Source of the DNA: Eledone cirrhosa
Taxonomy: Eukaryota
DNA length: 64,000 nt
Assembly: GCA_964016885.1 (NCBI GenBank)
Contig: OZ024745.1
Location: 81,158,001 to 81,222,000 of the forward strand
Direction of reading: 5' to 3'
The first letter of the stretch is position 1, and every line of letters begins with the position of its first letter. Position numbers and translations under genes: made by a program. Positions 1-14,000 of the stretch are shown piece after piece. The notes under the pieces were generated by a model. That model saw only the letters and a program-made list of their open reading frames with translations. It was not told where the DNA came from and did no database searches.

Positions 1-3000
1 ATCAACAGACACACAACATGAAACAACAACAGACACACAACATGAAACAACATCAGACACACAATATGAAACAACAACAGACACACTACATGACAACATC
101 AGACACACAACATGAAACAACATCAGACACACAACATGAAACAACATCAGCAGACACACAACATGAAACAACATCAACAGACACACAACATGAAACAACA
201 TCAACAGACACACAACATGAAACAACATCATCAGACACACAACATAAAACAACATCATCAGACACACAACATGAAACAACATCATCTAACACACAACATG
301 AAACAACATCAACAGACACACAACATGAAACAACAACATCAGACACACAGCATGAAACAACATCAAGAGACACACAACATGAAACAACATCATCAGACAC
401 ACAACATGAAACAACATCATCAGACACACAACATAAAACAACATCATCAGACACACAACATGAAACAACATCATCAGACAGACAACATGAAAAAACATCA
501 GACACACAACATGAAACAACATCAGACACACAACATGAAACATCATCAGACACACAACATGAAACAACATCAACAGACACACAACATGAAACAACATCAG
601 ACACACAACATGAAACAACATCAGATACACAACATGAAACGACAGCAACAGACACACAACATGAAACAACATCATCAGACACACAACATGAAACAACATC
701 AGACACACAACATGAAACGACATCATCAGACACACAGCATGAAACAACATCAGACACACAACATGAAACAACATCAACAGACACACATGAAACAACATCA
801 ACAGACACACATGAAACAACATCAACAGACACACAACATGAAACAACATCATCAGACACACAACATGAAACAACATCATCAGATACACAACATAAAACAC
901 CATCCTCAGACACACAACATGAAACAACAACCGACACACAACATGAAACAACATCAGACACACAACATGAAACAACATCAGACACACAACATGAAACAAC
1001 AACAGACACACCACATGAAACATCAGACACACAACATGAAACAACATCAGACACACAACATGAAACAACATCAGACACACAACATGAAACAACATCAGAC
1101 ACACAACATGAAACAACATCAGACACACAACATGAAACAACATCAGACACACAACATGAAACAACATCAACAGACACACAACAAGAAACAACAACAGACA
1201 CACAACATGAAACAACATCAGACACACAACATGAAACAACATCAGACACACAACATGAAACAACATCAGACACACAACATGAAACATCAACAGACACACA
1301 ACATGAAACATCAACAGACACACAACATGAAACATCAACAGACACACAACATGAAACAACATCAGACACACAACATGAAACAACATCATCAGACACACAA
1401 TATGACACAACATCAGACACACAACATGAAACAACATCAACAGACACACAACATGAAACAACATCAACAGATACACAACATGAAGCAACATCAAACACAC
1501 AACAGACACACAACATGAAACAACATCAACAGACACACAACATAAAACAACATCATCAGACACACAACATGAAACAACATCAACAGACACACAACATAAA
1601 ACAACATCATCAGACACACAACATGAAACAACATCAACAGACACACAACATGAAACAACATCAGAGACACAACATGAAACAACAACAGACACACAACATG
1701 AAACAACATCCTCAGACACACAACATGAAACAACATCATCAGATACACAACATGAAACAACATCAGACACACAACATGAAACAACATCAACAGACACACA
1801 ACATGAAACAACATCCTCAGACACACAACATGAAACAACATAATCATCTAACACACAACATGAAACAACATCAACAGACACACAACATGAAACAACATAA
1901 TCATCTAACACACAACATGAAACAACATCAACAGATACACAACATGAAGCAACATCAGACACACAACAAGAAACAACAACAGACACACAACATGAAACAA
2001 CATCAGACACACAACATGAAACAACATCAGACACACAACATGAAACAACATCAGACACACAACATGAAACAACAACAGACACACAACATGAAACATCAAC
2101 AGACACACAACATGAAACAACAACAGACACACAACATGAAACAACATCACCACACAACATGAAACAACATCAGACACACAACATGAAACAACATCAGACA
2201 CACAACATGAAACAACATCAACAGACACACAACATGAAACAACATCAGACACACAACATGAAAAAACAACAGACACACAACATGAAACAACATTCTCAGA
2301 CACACAATGAAACAACATCAGACACACAACATGAAACAACATCAGACACACAACATGAAACATCATCAGACATACAACATGAAACAACATCAACAGACAC
2401 ACAACATCAGACACACAACATGAAACATCATCAGACACACAACATGAAACCATTAGACACACAACATGAAACAACATCAGACACACAACATGAAACATCA
2501 ACAGACACACAACATGAAACAACAACAGACACACAACATGAAACAACAACAGACACACAACATGAAACAACATCAGACACACAACATGAAACAACAACAA
2601 CAGACACACAACATGAAACAACAACAACAGACACACAACAGACACACAACATGAAACAACAACAGACACACAACATGAAACAACAACAGACACACAACAT
2701 GAAACAACAACAGACACACAACATGAAACAACATGAAACAACATCAGACACACAACATGAAACAACATCAACAGACACACAACATGAAACATCATCAGAC
2801 ACACAACATGAAACAACAACAACAGACACACAACATGAAACAACAACAGACACACAACATGAAACAACATCCTCAGACACACAACATGAAACAACATCAC
2901 ACACACAACATGAAACAACAACAACAGACACACAACATGAAACAACAACAGACACACAACATGAAACAACATCCTCAGACACACAACATGAAACAACATC

Positions 3001-5752
3001 AGACACACATGAAACAACAGACACACGAATGAAACATCATCAGACACACGACATGAAACAACATCAACAGACACACAACATGAAACAACATCAACAGACA
3101 CACAACATGAAACTACGTCAGACACACATGAAACAACAACAGACACACAACATGAAACCATTAGACACACAACATGAAACAACATCATCAGACACACAAC
3201 ATAAAACATCATCAGACACACAACATGAAACAACATCAACAGACACACAACATGAAACAACATCATCAGACACACAACATGAAACACCATCATCTAACAC
3301 ACAACATGAAACAATATCAACAGACACACAACATGAAACAACAACATCAGACACACAGCATGAAACAACATCAGACACACAGCATGAAACAACATCATCA
3401 GACACACAACATGAAACAACATCATCAGACACATAGCATGAAACAACAACAGACACACAACATGAAACAACATCATCAGACACACAACATGAAACAACAT
3501 CATCAGACACACAACATGAAACATCATCAGACACACAACATGAAACAACATCATCAGATACACAACATGAAACAACATCAGACACACAACATGAAACAAC
3601 ATCAGACACACAACATGAAACAACATCATCAGACACACAACATGAAACAACATCAGACACACAACATGAAACAACATCAACAGACACACAACATGAAACA
3701 ACATCAGACACACAAGATGAAAAAACAACTGACACACAACATGAAACAACATCCTCAGACACACAACATGAAACAACATCAGACACACAACATGAAACAA
3801 CATCAGACACACAACATGAAACATCATCAGACATACAACATGAAACAACATCAACAGACACACAACATGAAACATCATCAGACACACAACATGAAACCAT
3901 TAGACACACAACATGAAACAACATCAGACACACAACATGAAACATCATCAGACACACAACATGAAACAACAACAACAGACACACAACATGAAACAACAAC
4001 AGACACACAACATGAAACAACAACAGACACACAACATGAAACAACAACAGACACACAACATGAAACAACATCAGACACACAACATGAAACAACATCAGAC
4101 ACACAACATGAAACAACATCATCAGACACACAACATGAAACATCCTCAGACACACAACATGAAACAACATCAACAGACACACAACATGAAACAACATCCT
4201 CAGACACACAACATGAAACAACATCATCATCTAACACACAACATGAAACAACATCAACAGACACACAACATGAAACAACATCAACAGATACACAACATGA
4301 AGCAACATCAGACACACAACATGAGACAACATCATCAGACACACAACATAAAACAACATCATCATCTAACACACAACATGAAACAACATCAACAGACACA
4401 CAACATGAAACAACATCAACAGATACACAACATGAAGCAACATCAGACACACAACATGAGACAACATCATCAGACACACAACATGAAACAACATCAGACA
4501 CACAACATGAAACAACATCATCAGACACACAACATGAAACAACAACAGACACACAACATGAGACAACATCATCAGACACACAACATGAAACAACATCAAC
4601 AGACACACAACATGAAACACCATCATCAGACACACAACATGAAACAACATCAACAGACACACAACATGAAACAACATCAACAGACACACAACATGAAAAA
4701 ACAATAGACACACAACATGAAACAACATCCTCAGACACACAACATGAAACATCAACAGACACACAGCATGAAACAACAACAGACACACAACATGAAACAA
4801 CATCAGACACACAACATGAAACAACATCAGACACACAACATGAAACAACATCAACAGACACACAACATGAAACAACATCAACAGACACACAACATGAAAC
4901 AACATCAACAGACACACAACATGAAACAACAACATCAGACACACAGCATGAAACAACAACAGACACACAACATGAAACAACATCATCAGACACACAACAT
5001 AAAACAACATCATCAGACACACAACATGAAACAACATCATCTAACACACAACATGAAACAACATCAACAGACACACAACATGAAACAACATCAACAGACA
5101 CACAACATGAAACAACATCATCAGACACACAACATGAAACAACATCATCAGACACACAACATGAAACAACATCAACAGACACACAACATGAAGCAACATC
5201 ATCAGACACACAACATGAAACAACATCATCAGACACACAACATGAAACAACATCAACAGACACATAACATAAAACATCATCAGAGACACAACATAAAACA
5301 TCATCAGAGACACAACATGACAACATCAGACACAACATGAAACAACATCAGACACACAACATGAAACAACATCAGACACACAACATGAAACAACATCAAC
5401 AGACACACAACATGAAACAACATCATCAGACACACAACATGAAACAACATCAGACACACAACATGAAACAACATCAACAGACACACAACATGAAGCAACA
5501 TCATCAGACACACAACATGAAACAACATCATCAGACACACAACATGAAACAACATCAACAGACACACAACATAAAACATCATCAGAGACACAACATGACA
5601 ACATCAGACACACAACATGAAACAACATCAGACACACAACATGAAACAACATCAGACACACAACATGAAACAACATCAACAGACACACAACATGAAACAA
5701 TATCAACAGACACACAACATGAAACAACATCATCATCTAATACACAACATGA
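1..5752. repeat. Satellite/minisatellite array, consensus ACAACATGAAACAACATCAGACAC (24 bp; 21/27/30-bp variants)
   Basis: Directly visible tandem array running off the left edge; lies in MAN2C1 intron 10. Confidence 0.98.
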
Positions 5753-5754
5753 CA

Positions 5755-6030
5755 GAATAAAGTTAGTAACACGGGTGACATTGAAGTGAAGATCTATCTC
5801 AACATCCTTTCCATGTGTAGCTCTCTCCATACAAACTGTACACCTAAATGTAGCTGTCATGTTATTTAATAATCCTCTCACATCACTATATTTTTTCACA
5901 CCATTCCCAACCTCCAGCTCAACACCCTCTTCATCTGTAGCTCGCACCATACTCGGAGTGTAGAGAACCGCAACAAATACCACAATGCATTCTATCTGAA
6001 GTTCTAATGGGTTAACCAATTCACTGCCCA
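5755..6030 (-). mobile_element. Probable RTE-type LINE fragment
   Basis: VKKYSDVRGLLNNMTATFRCTVC resembles the WVHKRCS...FxCxxC Cys-rich insert seen in other RTE relics in this window (e.g. ~56950). Confidence 0.4.
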
Positions 6031-6277
6031 CTTTTTGTATATATGCTAGTTTAAAGGGCTCATTTAGATATAAGAGTGTATTGGATATAAAAATTACAGT
6101 TGAAAAAATAATTAAAAGGCATGTTAGCTGAAATACTATTATGTTGGACTAATGGATTTAAAGGGATGGACATAAACCCAACTGTTAATATTCAGAAAAG
6201 TCAAATATATGACTGTATATATATATATGAACTGATCACATTATACAGACTGGCAATGAGAGCAAGCATTAGTAATA

Positions 6278-6840
6278 CTAGCAGAAAAACCACCCTTTGG
6301 GTTGTTTTCTGCTTGCATGTGTAGTGTGTATATTGATATTATACACAAATATATATGCCTGCAGATATGACATGTCAAATGAAATCATAATTGACAATAT
6401 GCACAGAAATTGAATGAAGTCTGTGTTACACTCTCTTCTGTAATCAGTAAAGTAATCCGTGATACATAAAAAAAAAATGATATTATATATAAACCTCATA
6501 TATAATGAACTAAAATGTTATGAAAACGAAAAAGGATAAAATTAACGATAGAAAAATAAACCTTATATAACGATGCAAATATATGAACGTTTATATAAGC
6601 AATGTAATAAGTGTTATTATATAACAGATGCTAACCGGAAGTGTTGACATTTGAAAATTTTAAAGAAGTGAATCTTAAAATAAGCCATACTTTATATATA
6701 AGAATATTTATGTTTAATCAAGATAAATTACATAATATTCATTCATTATTTATTCAAAGTAATCCAACTTATTTTACTAACGGGATAAAAAAATATAAAA
6801 TGGACGCTGTCCCGCACTCTTCCCTTTATTATATTATAGA
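6278..6840 (-). mobile_element. Non-autonomous Helitron
   Basis: Minus strand starts TCTATAATATAATAAA and ends with hairpin gcagaaaac-aaccc/gggtg-gtttttctgc then CTAG; inserted between A and T. Confidence 0.75.
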
Positions 6841-7011
6841 TATTACTGTACATATTTGAACTGATCACATTATACAGACTGGCAGTGAGAGCAAGCATTA
6901 GTAATTTATATTTGGGGTATAGTCTGTGTTTGCAGACCTCTCCAGCACATAATAACAACATAAAAAAACAGCAAAACAATAATACAATGAATAAAATCAA
7001 ACAGTTTTTAC

Positions 7012-7104
7012 CTCAGAACAAAAAGAATCAAATTCCTTTTTAAAAAACAATTGCCCATACAGGAACTGCCTAAAAAGTGATTCGCCACTAGGTATATTAG
7101 AATC
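7012..7104 (-). CDS. MAN2C1: MAN2C1 coding exon 10 (gene continues beyond the left edge)
   Basis: DSNIPSGESLFRQFLYGQLFFKKEFDSFCSE; 93 nt. The next expected exon (FWLPDTFGY, catalytic nucleophile) was not found in 1-7011. Confidence 0.94.
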
Positions 7105-7509
7105 CTACAATACAAAGCATTTATGAATATGGAGAATTTTATAGCAGTATTATCTAATTTAATACGAAACAGAAATTTAGAAACTAAACTAAAATGATAA
7201 TTTCTTTTTCACATATCTATATATAAATTTTTGTGATTCTATCACAACATGTAAAGAGAAAGGAGTAGTTTGACTACCTCAAACTACTCCTCTCTCTTTA
7301 CATCTGCTGCCTGCGTACATGTGTGTAAAAGGAAGGAGGGGATGGTGAAAAAATCTATGCTGTGTGTATGTGATGTATGTGATGTGTTATGTGTGAATGC
7401 CCACTTGAATTTATAACTGTCTCTTTCGGGGTTTGGGTGAGACTTGGAGTCAGCTTGTACAATCACAAAGCAAAATTCCAACAATAATAATAATAATAAT
7501 GATTTCACC

Positions 7510-8610
7510 CACAAGGGTTAACATCAAGAAAAACATTATGACGGCACAGAATGCAAACATTGTGTGTGTGTATGTGGGGGTTTTGAGTGTTAACAAATTT
7601 TAACAATGTTAAAAAAGAAAACAAAGGAGGTTCCTCAACAGGAAGGAGACTCATGGAAAAACCCCATAAAACCATGAATACCCTGATCTCTAGGGTAAGT
7701 GCCCTGTCCCAGTTGTTCTCCACTTTACAGGTTCACACTCACAGCATGCCCATTCACTCAAGCCTTGCTCACCTCTCTCACCCACCCTTCAACAAATTGC
7801 TTTGAAGGCAGTACTTCCTTCTCCACCCTGATTTTCCTCTTCAAGTCACATCTGAAGTTAATCAGGGCTTCGCTGAAGAGGAAAGTGCGTCTTCAACCAT
7901 TCCAAATGCGTCTACCATACAACCTCTTTCGCCATGGCCACAAGACAAACAAAAACAGCCTTCCCGTCCTGACTAAAGGAAAGTGGTGGGACAATCTTCA
8001 CAATGGACTTGGATGATAGCTGGATTCGTCCTACATGACAGCAGGAGTTTGACATAAACCCACAAGTCAGCAATGCTCAGACACAGGATGATTGCATGTA
8101 GAATGGTTTCGTCGCCCTGAGCACATCTCAAACAGGCCTGGTTGATGGCAATTCTATGCCTATACAGTTTATCTCGAACTGGCAAAGCTCCTCAATAGCA
8201 CTGCCAGGGACTTCTGGAAATTATCTATGGGCCATGGAGCGAAAGTCCTCCCAAAAAGTGTGGCTAGTTGATTTTCATTGATGCCTAGAACTTCCCCAAG
8301 AACGTTGTTGCTTTCATCTGCCATTAACACTATAGAATGCCAAGGTGGAATTACCATCGATTATACTGCCTGATTGGCAGAGGGCTGTGAGTGCCTGAAA
8401 ACATTCCAGTTTTCAAGTGCTCTCACTCAGTCTCCGATTGACCCAGGACTGCAGCTCCATTAAGGAGATGATCTGGGGGAACATGCATCTGGTGAACAGT
8501 GACCACATCTGCTCACTGTTAAGGAAAAGATGGCGATGTTGTAGCCTCAGCATATGTTTGCACATCATCAGCCATGACATTTCCAGTTCTTCATGCAGTG
8601 GGTGTTGACA
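7510..8610 (-). mobile_element. L1/Tx1-type LINE 3' relic
   Basis: LPVRDKLYRH...CLRC...ETILHAIILC C-terminal zinc knuckle; multiple stops and frameshifts. Confidence 0.7.
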
Positions 8611-8639
8611 TCAGATGGACGTTAAATGATGAATAAATA

Positions 8640-9813
8640 ATAATAATAATGAAAATATTGTGTACAGTGCTCAGGTGCACTACAACTCATCAAAAGTGTA
8701 TGTATAGTACATAGGGTAATGTACAAACGTCAGGAAAATGAACAGTGTATGAGTCATGATGTGTGCATGTGTATGGAAGGGGGCATCAGGTGTAGTTTTG
8801 GCGAATTTCAGGAAGCATGAGGGTTTTAAAGGATGCAGTGTCTTGGCAACTAACAACTGACGCAGGCAGTTTGTTCCATACTTCAGCAACTCTAAGCATG
8901 AAAGAATGTTTCCAAAAGTCATGGGAGCTGTGTTGTTTTCTGACTTTGTAGCCATGTCCACGTGTGTTAGACATATGGAGATCAAAAAGGTGTTCAAGGT
9001 TGTTGTTGGCGAGATGGTTAATAACTTTGTGGGTGTTTACCAAGTCCATTGCCAGACGTCAGAGCTTCAATGAATCCATGCCTAGGGAAGCCAGGCGTTC
9101 AGAGTATGGTAGGTGTCTGATGGACGGTATGCGCTTGGTTGCATGTCTCTGAACAGTTTCCAGGAGGTCAATGTTCTGAGCAAGATAGGGGTTCCAGACT
9201 GGTGATGCAAATTCCAAGTGTGGTCGTACTATAGCTGTATACAGCTTTAAATAGATGGCTGGAGAGCGGCTAACAAAGGTCTTGCTGAGTGATGCCAAGA
9301 TACCTTGGCTTTCTTGACAATTTTAGAGATGTGCTTTGTCCAATGCAAATCGCTGCTGATAGTAATGCCCAGGTCATGTTTACAAGAGGACTTCTTGATA
9401 TCAGTGTTGTGGAGGGAGTATGTGGACGCTGGATTTTTCCTCCCAAAATGCATGGTGGTACACTTGTCCACAGCCAGCTTGAGTTGCCAGTCTGTAATCC
9501 ATTGCTGCATTGTGTCCAGGTCTGATTGTAGGAAAGAGTTATAGATTTCAGGATCTGTCCTTTTGATTTCAAAATACAGCTTGATGTCATGTGCATATTT
9601 CAGTACTGTGGCATTCTTTAAGTTGGCATCTATGTCATTAATGTATGCAACAAACAAAAGGGGAGCAAGAACAGATCCCTGTGGTACACCAGATGACATC
9701 TCATATGGTGAAGAATGCTGTCCTAGAACCGTGACTACCTCTTTTCGGCTGAGAATGAAGGATTTCAACCAGTTAAAAAGATCATCCCTCACACCCATTG
9801 CAGAGAGTTTCGC
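8640..9813 (-). mobile_element. CR1-group LINE, 5'-truncated RT relic
   Basis: SGVPQGSVLAPLLFVAYIND, YAHD (degenerate YADD), LYTAIVRPHLEFASPVWNP, TRGH...RVAEVWNKLP; (TTA)n tail near 8640. Confidence 0.88.
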
Positions 9814-9918
9814 CATGATGAAGATGAAGAAGGTATAATATTATTTGCATTCAAATCTTAGCAGTTAATTAATTTACATAAAATATTTTGCCTGTCAATA
9901 AATAAAAAATTAGCTTAC

Positions 9919-10029
9919 CATTTCTACCCATGTGCCACCAACAGGAATAAAACGTCCACTTTTTACAGCAGCTTTAATTTTTTTATAGAGGGAAGGATAA
10001 TGTTCCTTTGCCCATTCAAATTGCTGAGC
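9919..10029 (-). CDS. MAN2C1: MAN2C1 coding exon 9
   Basis: AQQFEWAKEHYPSLYKKIKAAVKSGRFIPVGGTWVEM; 111 nt, phase 0-0. Confidence 0.95.
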
Positions 10030-11079
10030 CTAACAAGATGAAAAGAAAATTTAGAAACATATAAGGTCGTTCAAAAACAGGATGAGATAAAACTAATGAA
10101 TAAAATGTTTTTTCTCCGAATAAAGAAACTATTTAAGCCCCAAAATGTAAATGGTGGGCATTACTACTTCTATAGAGAGAAGGAGTGGAGTTAAAGAAAT
10201 ATGGTACAGCATGGTTAGTACCAGATAGTATTTTTTCATTCTTCAATAAATAAATTTGCAGAACATTAAAGAGGAATACCTTGGTGGTGAATTGGCAGAA
10301 ATAGACTGTGTTCAGTCCTGGAGAGATAGGCATTTTTTAAACCTGGCAGAGCCTAAGAAATGCTGTATGACACTACACTGTCCCTATGACTCCAGCTAGA
10401 GTTTTGGGTCCATACATATAAAGTAGAATACCAGACATATATTGAAATAGATTCAACTGGCAATAATCTCTTCCTGCAAAATTGTATTCATCTCTAGTTA
10501 AAAGAATTTAATCATATCATATCCCCATCCTACCATGATATACATTTATTCTGGTCTTGAAGTAACATAAAATTTTCACCCAGTCTCATTTATCATCTTA
10601 ATCTGTCAACATGTCATGATATGACTTTAGCTGCAAAGATTGACTCTGCATCGTGTCTGTCAAGTTTTATAAAACTTAGCTAAGATGGTCATGCTCTATA
10701 AATAGCATCGCGTTGTGTCTTCAGGAAAGTTTTATTATTTTCTTTTCTTCTGACTGGACTGGTGAATAAGAGACATCAGGAAGCCTTTCATCTAATCATG
10801 AAAAATGCAGAACTCGCACAAAGATTTGGGTTTATTACTGTGGGTAAGCAAAATACTTGTTTTAAATGATTCAAAGGTAAAAAAATGCATATAAAGAATT
10901 AAGCATAGTGTTTCATTTATAAATTTTTCAGTGAATTTAAGATGTGTTTTGTTTTTTCATGCCAGGAACGTTTTAGTGTTGGTTAATGGTCGAAGTTTGA
11001 AAAAGTGTAGGCTTTAGTTGAAGTCATCCCAAAAGACTGAAAAATTTATGAATACAAAACTGTTTTAATTCTTTATATA

Positions 11080-14000
11080 CGCAGCGGCCCCTTATGGCTG
11101 TAACTCAGCACGTATAGGAGTTGCGTCCCTTTGTGACGGTTGCGACTTCCAGTGGCAGATCCATGTACTAAATGGAGTTGTGTCCCCCTGGGGACTATAT
11201 ATTTAAGAACATCAAGGCATTAACTCTCACTTCCTGCACCACCAGCCGAAAGGAGCACTTAAACTTTACCAAGAGAAGATTTCTGCTCTTCTCCACACAC
11301 TCCAGTCTGGGAGTTGTGACCAACTGACCATCAACATGTGGTAAAAATTATTTCTATTAATTTATTTGACTTCTGTGAAGTAAAACCATGTCACAACACT
11401 CACCTGCATTTATTGTCATTCTTAATAATATATATACACTGATACTAACATTCTAAATTGGTGACCTGTTGTTTTTAAAAAAAAAAAAGAATGGGAAACA
11501 GTACCATGTGTATATATAAAAAAAAGGGGAGAAAGAAAAAAAAACATTTAATACAGAACAACACGCTTCATTCCGATCTGGCTGTATTTTACTAATATCA
11601 GCATCTTTATCTGTAACGTTTAACAATCAAACTCCTCATATGTGAAAAGCAAACATTCCATTTATTTACACACAAACACAAAAAAAAAAAAAAAAAAAAT
11701 AAGATGATATTGCCGCTAGTTTTCTAGCAAAACAACAATTCTATGAATGTCTTTTCTTTTCTTTTCTCTGGCTAAAATTTTTGAGGATGACAAGATGGCG
11801 GCTTTCTTCTCCTTCAATAGTGTTTTTGGCACGAAATCGTCCGCCATGTTGGTTTTAGTTTTAAATTCCCTACCTATACCTTGTTAATGACATCGCTCAG
11901 TTAGTCGCTCCTTTACATGGTGTCTCGGATACATTCTTTTTCCTGTCCAGTTGTTTGACAGAGAAAAACAAGCGATTTTGTTTTCCTTTTCCCTTGTGTT
12001 GGAGACATTTTTCCAAATGGAGACGATTTTTTGCAGATTACCTACGGTATACCAATGGCATCTCACTCAGCCATTATGGCAATGCAGAAGTCCATTCAGG
12101 AACTCACCCTGGAGCTCCAGAAGATGAAGGTTTGGTGTGGTGCCCATTCAAACTCGCGCAGGAGATTTCAATCTTTTAGACGCTGCTCCAGGTCACCAGC
12201 TTCATCTTTATGCTGGTACCATGAGTGCGAACCACTGTGTGCAACCTTGCTCGTTTCATAAGGTGGAAAACGCCAAAGAGGTCCGCTGATGGGGGCAGTT
12301 GACCTCAACATAAAGCCACCAAACCGCCATTTCTTCATTAAGGACCTTATGTCGGGAAGAGGTTTCCTCATGGATACAGGAGACTCCTGCAGTATTTGGC
12401 CGGTCCATTGCCTGAAAGATACCCCCGTAGAGTCATCTGTTACTCTGCAGGCCGTTAATCACTCGTCTATAAAGACATACGGACAAATCTCGCTTCCTCT
12501 CAAATTCCTAAATCTTCGTAGGGATTTTAAGTGGATTTTTACAGTTGCTGATTTGCCATACCCTATCTTAGGAGCGGATTTCCTCCATAACTTCTCTTTG
12601 ACTGTGGACGTCCGTGGCCAACGCCTGGTGGATGACATCACCGGTTTTTCAATTCGTGGCCGGAAAGCCAATGCTCCAACAGTCAGCCCCATATTCTTCA
12701 TCGCTGCCGCTGGAGACGCCTACCATTCGTTGTTAGGTTCTTTCCCGGAGCTCACCGATGGACATTTTCAAGTCACTGAGCCAACACACTCAACTGAACA
12801 TTTCATTTCCACCACCGATACTCCAGTGTTTTCGCATCCACGCCGCTTACCGGCGGACAAATTAAAGGCAGCACAGTCCGAGTTCGACCATATGCTGCAG
12901 CTGGGCATTATTCGCCCATCTACGAGTTCTTGGGCTTCACCGTTATACATGGTGCCCAAGACTTCCGGCGACTGGAGACCCACTGGGGATTATAGGAGGT
13001 TAAATGCTATGACCGTCCCGGATAGGTATCCCATCCCCCATCTCCAGGATTTCGCATCTTCATTGCAGGGGTGTAAGATTTTCTCAAAACTAGCTTTAGT
13101 GCGAGCTTACCACCAAATTCCGGTTAGGAAGGAGGATATTCCGAAAACGGCAATTACAACTCCTTTCGGATCCTTCAAATTTTTTACCATGCCTTTCGGA
13201 CTCAGGAACGCCACTAGCACTTTTCAGCGGTTCATAGATGAAGTCACTCGTGGTCTGGACTTCATTTATGCATATATAGACGATCTTCTCATCGCTAGTT
13301 CCTCTCCGGAAGAGCATATGCGCCACATGCATCTCTTATTTCGGTGACTTCAGGATTACCGCGTTCGTGTGAATCCCGCAAAGTGTGTTTTCGGTTCCAC
13401 TTCGCTAAATTTTTTAGGCCACCTCATCGACGCCGAAGGTATTAGGCTGCTCCCTCAGCGAGTTCAAGCCATACAGGATTTACCTCCGCCTACTACACTT
13501 CACCAGTTGCGTCACTTCTTAGGCCTAATCAATTTCTATAGGCGTTTCGTTCCTCATTGTGCTAATTTGCTATCTTCCCTTACTGACATTTTGAAAAATC
13601 GTCGTAAGAAGAATGAGGATATTTCCTTGACACAAGGACAGCTTAAAGACTTCCAGACTGCCAAGGCAGCACTTGCTAGTTCATCTTTGCTAGCCCACCC
13701 GGTACCAGAGGCCAAGCTTTCGCTTTGTGTTGATGCATCTGATACTGCTGTGGGAGCAGTTTTACAGTAGTACAACGCTGCAAACCAACAATCTTTGGCA
13801 TTTTTCTCAAGGAAGCTGAAACCAGCAGAAACGCGTTACAGCACGTTTGGGCTGGGATTATTAGCCATATATCTGTCGGTGAAACATTTCTCTCATATTC
13901 TTGAGGGGAGAAATTTTACTGTTTTAACTGACCACAAACCTCTGACCTTCGCTTTGAGGGCTAAAGCCGACAGATATTCGGCCAGAGAGACAAGACACCT

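Noticed and set aside
18-5789. Long ORFs on both strands (mucin-like TTSDTQHE, Cys/Val-rich)
   Set aside because: They are by-products of a stop-poor satellite. Frames shift freely, there is no unique domain or signal peptide, and they lie within a MAN2C1 intron.
5582-6031. 149-aa minus-strand ORF as the next MAN2C1 exon
   Set aside because: No FWLPDTFGY or other GH38 similarity; it resembles an RTE relic running into the satellite.
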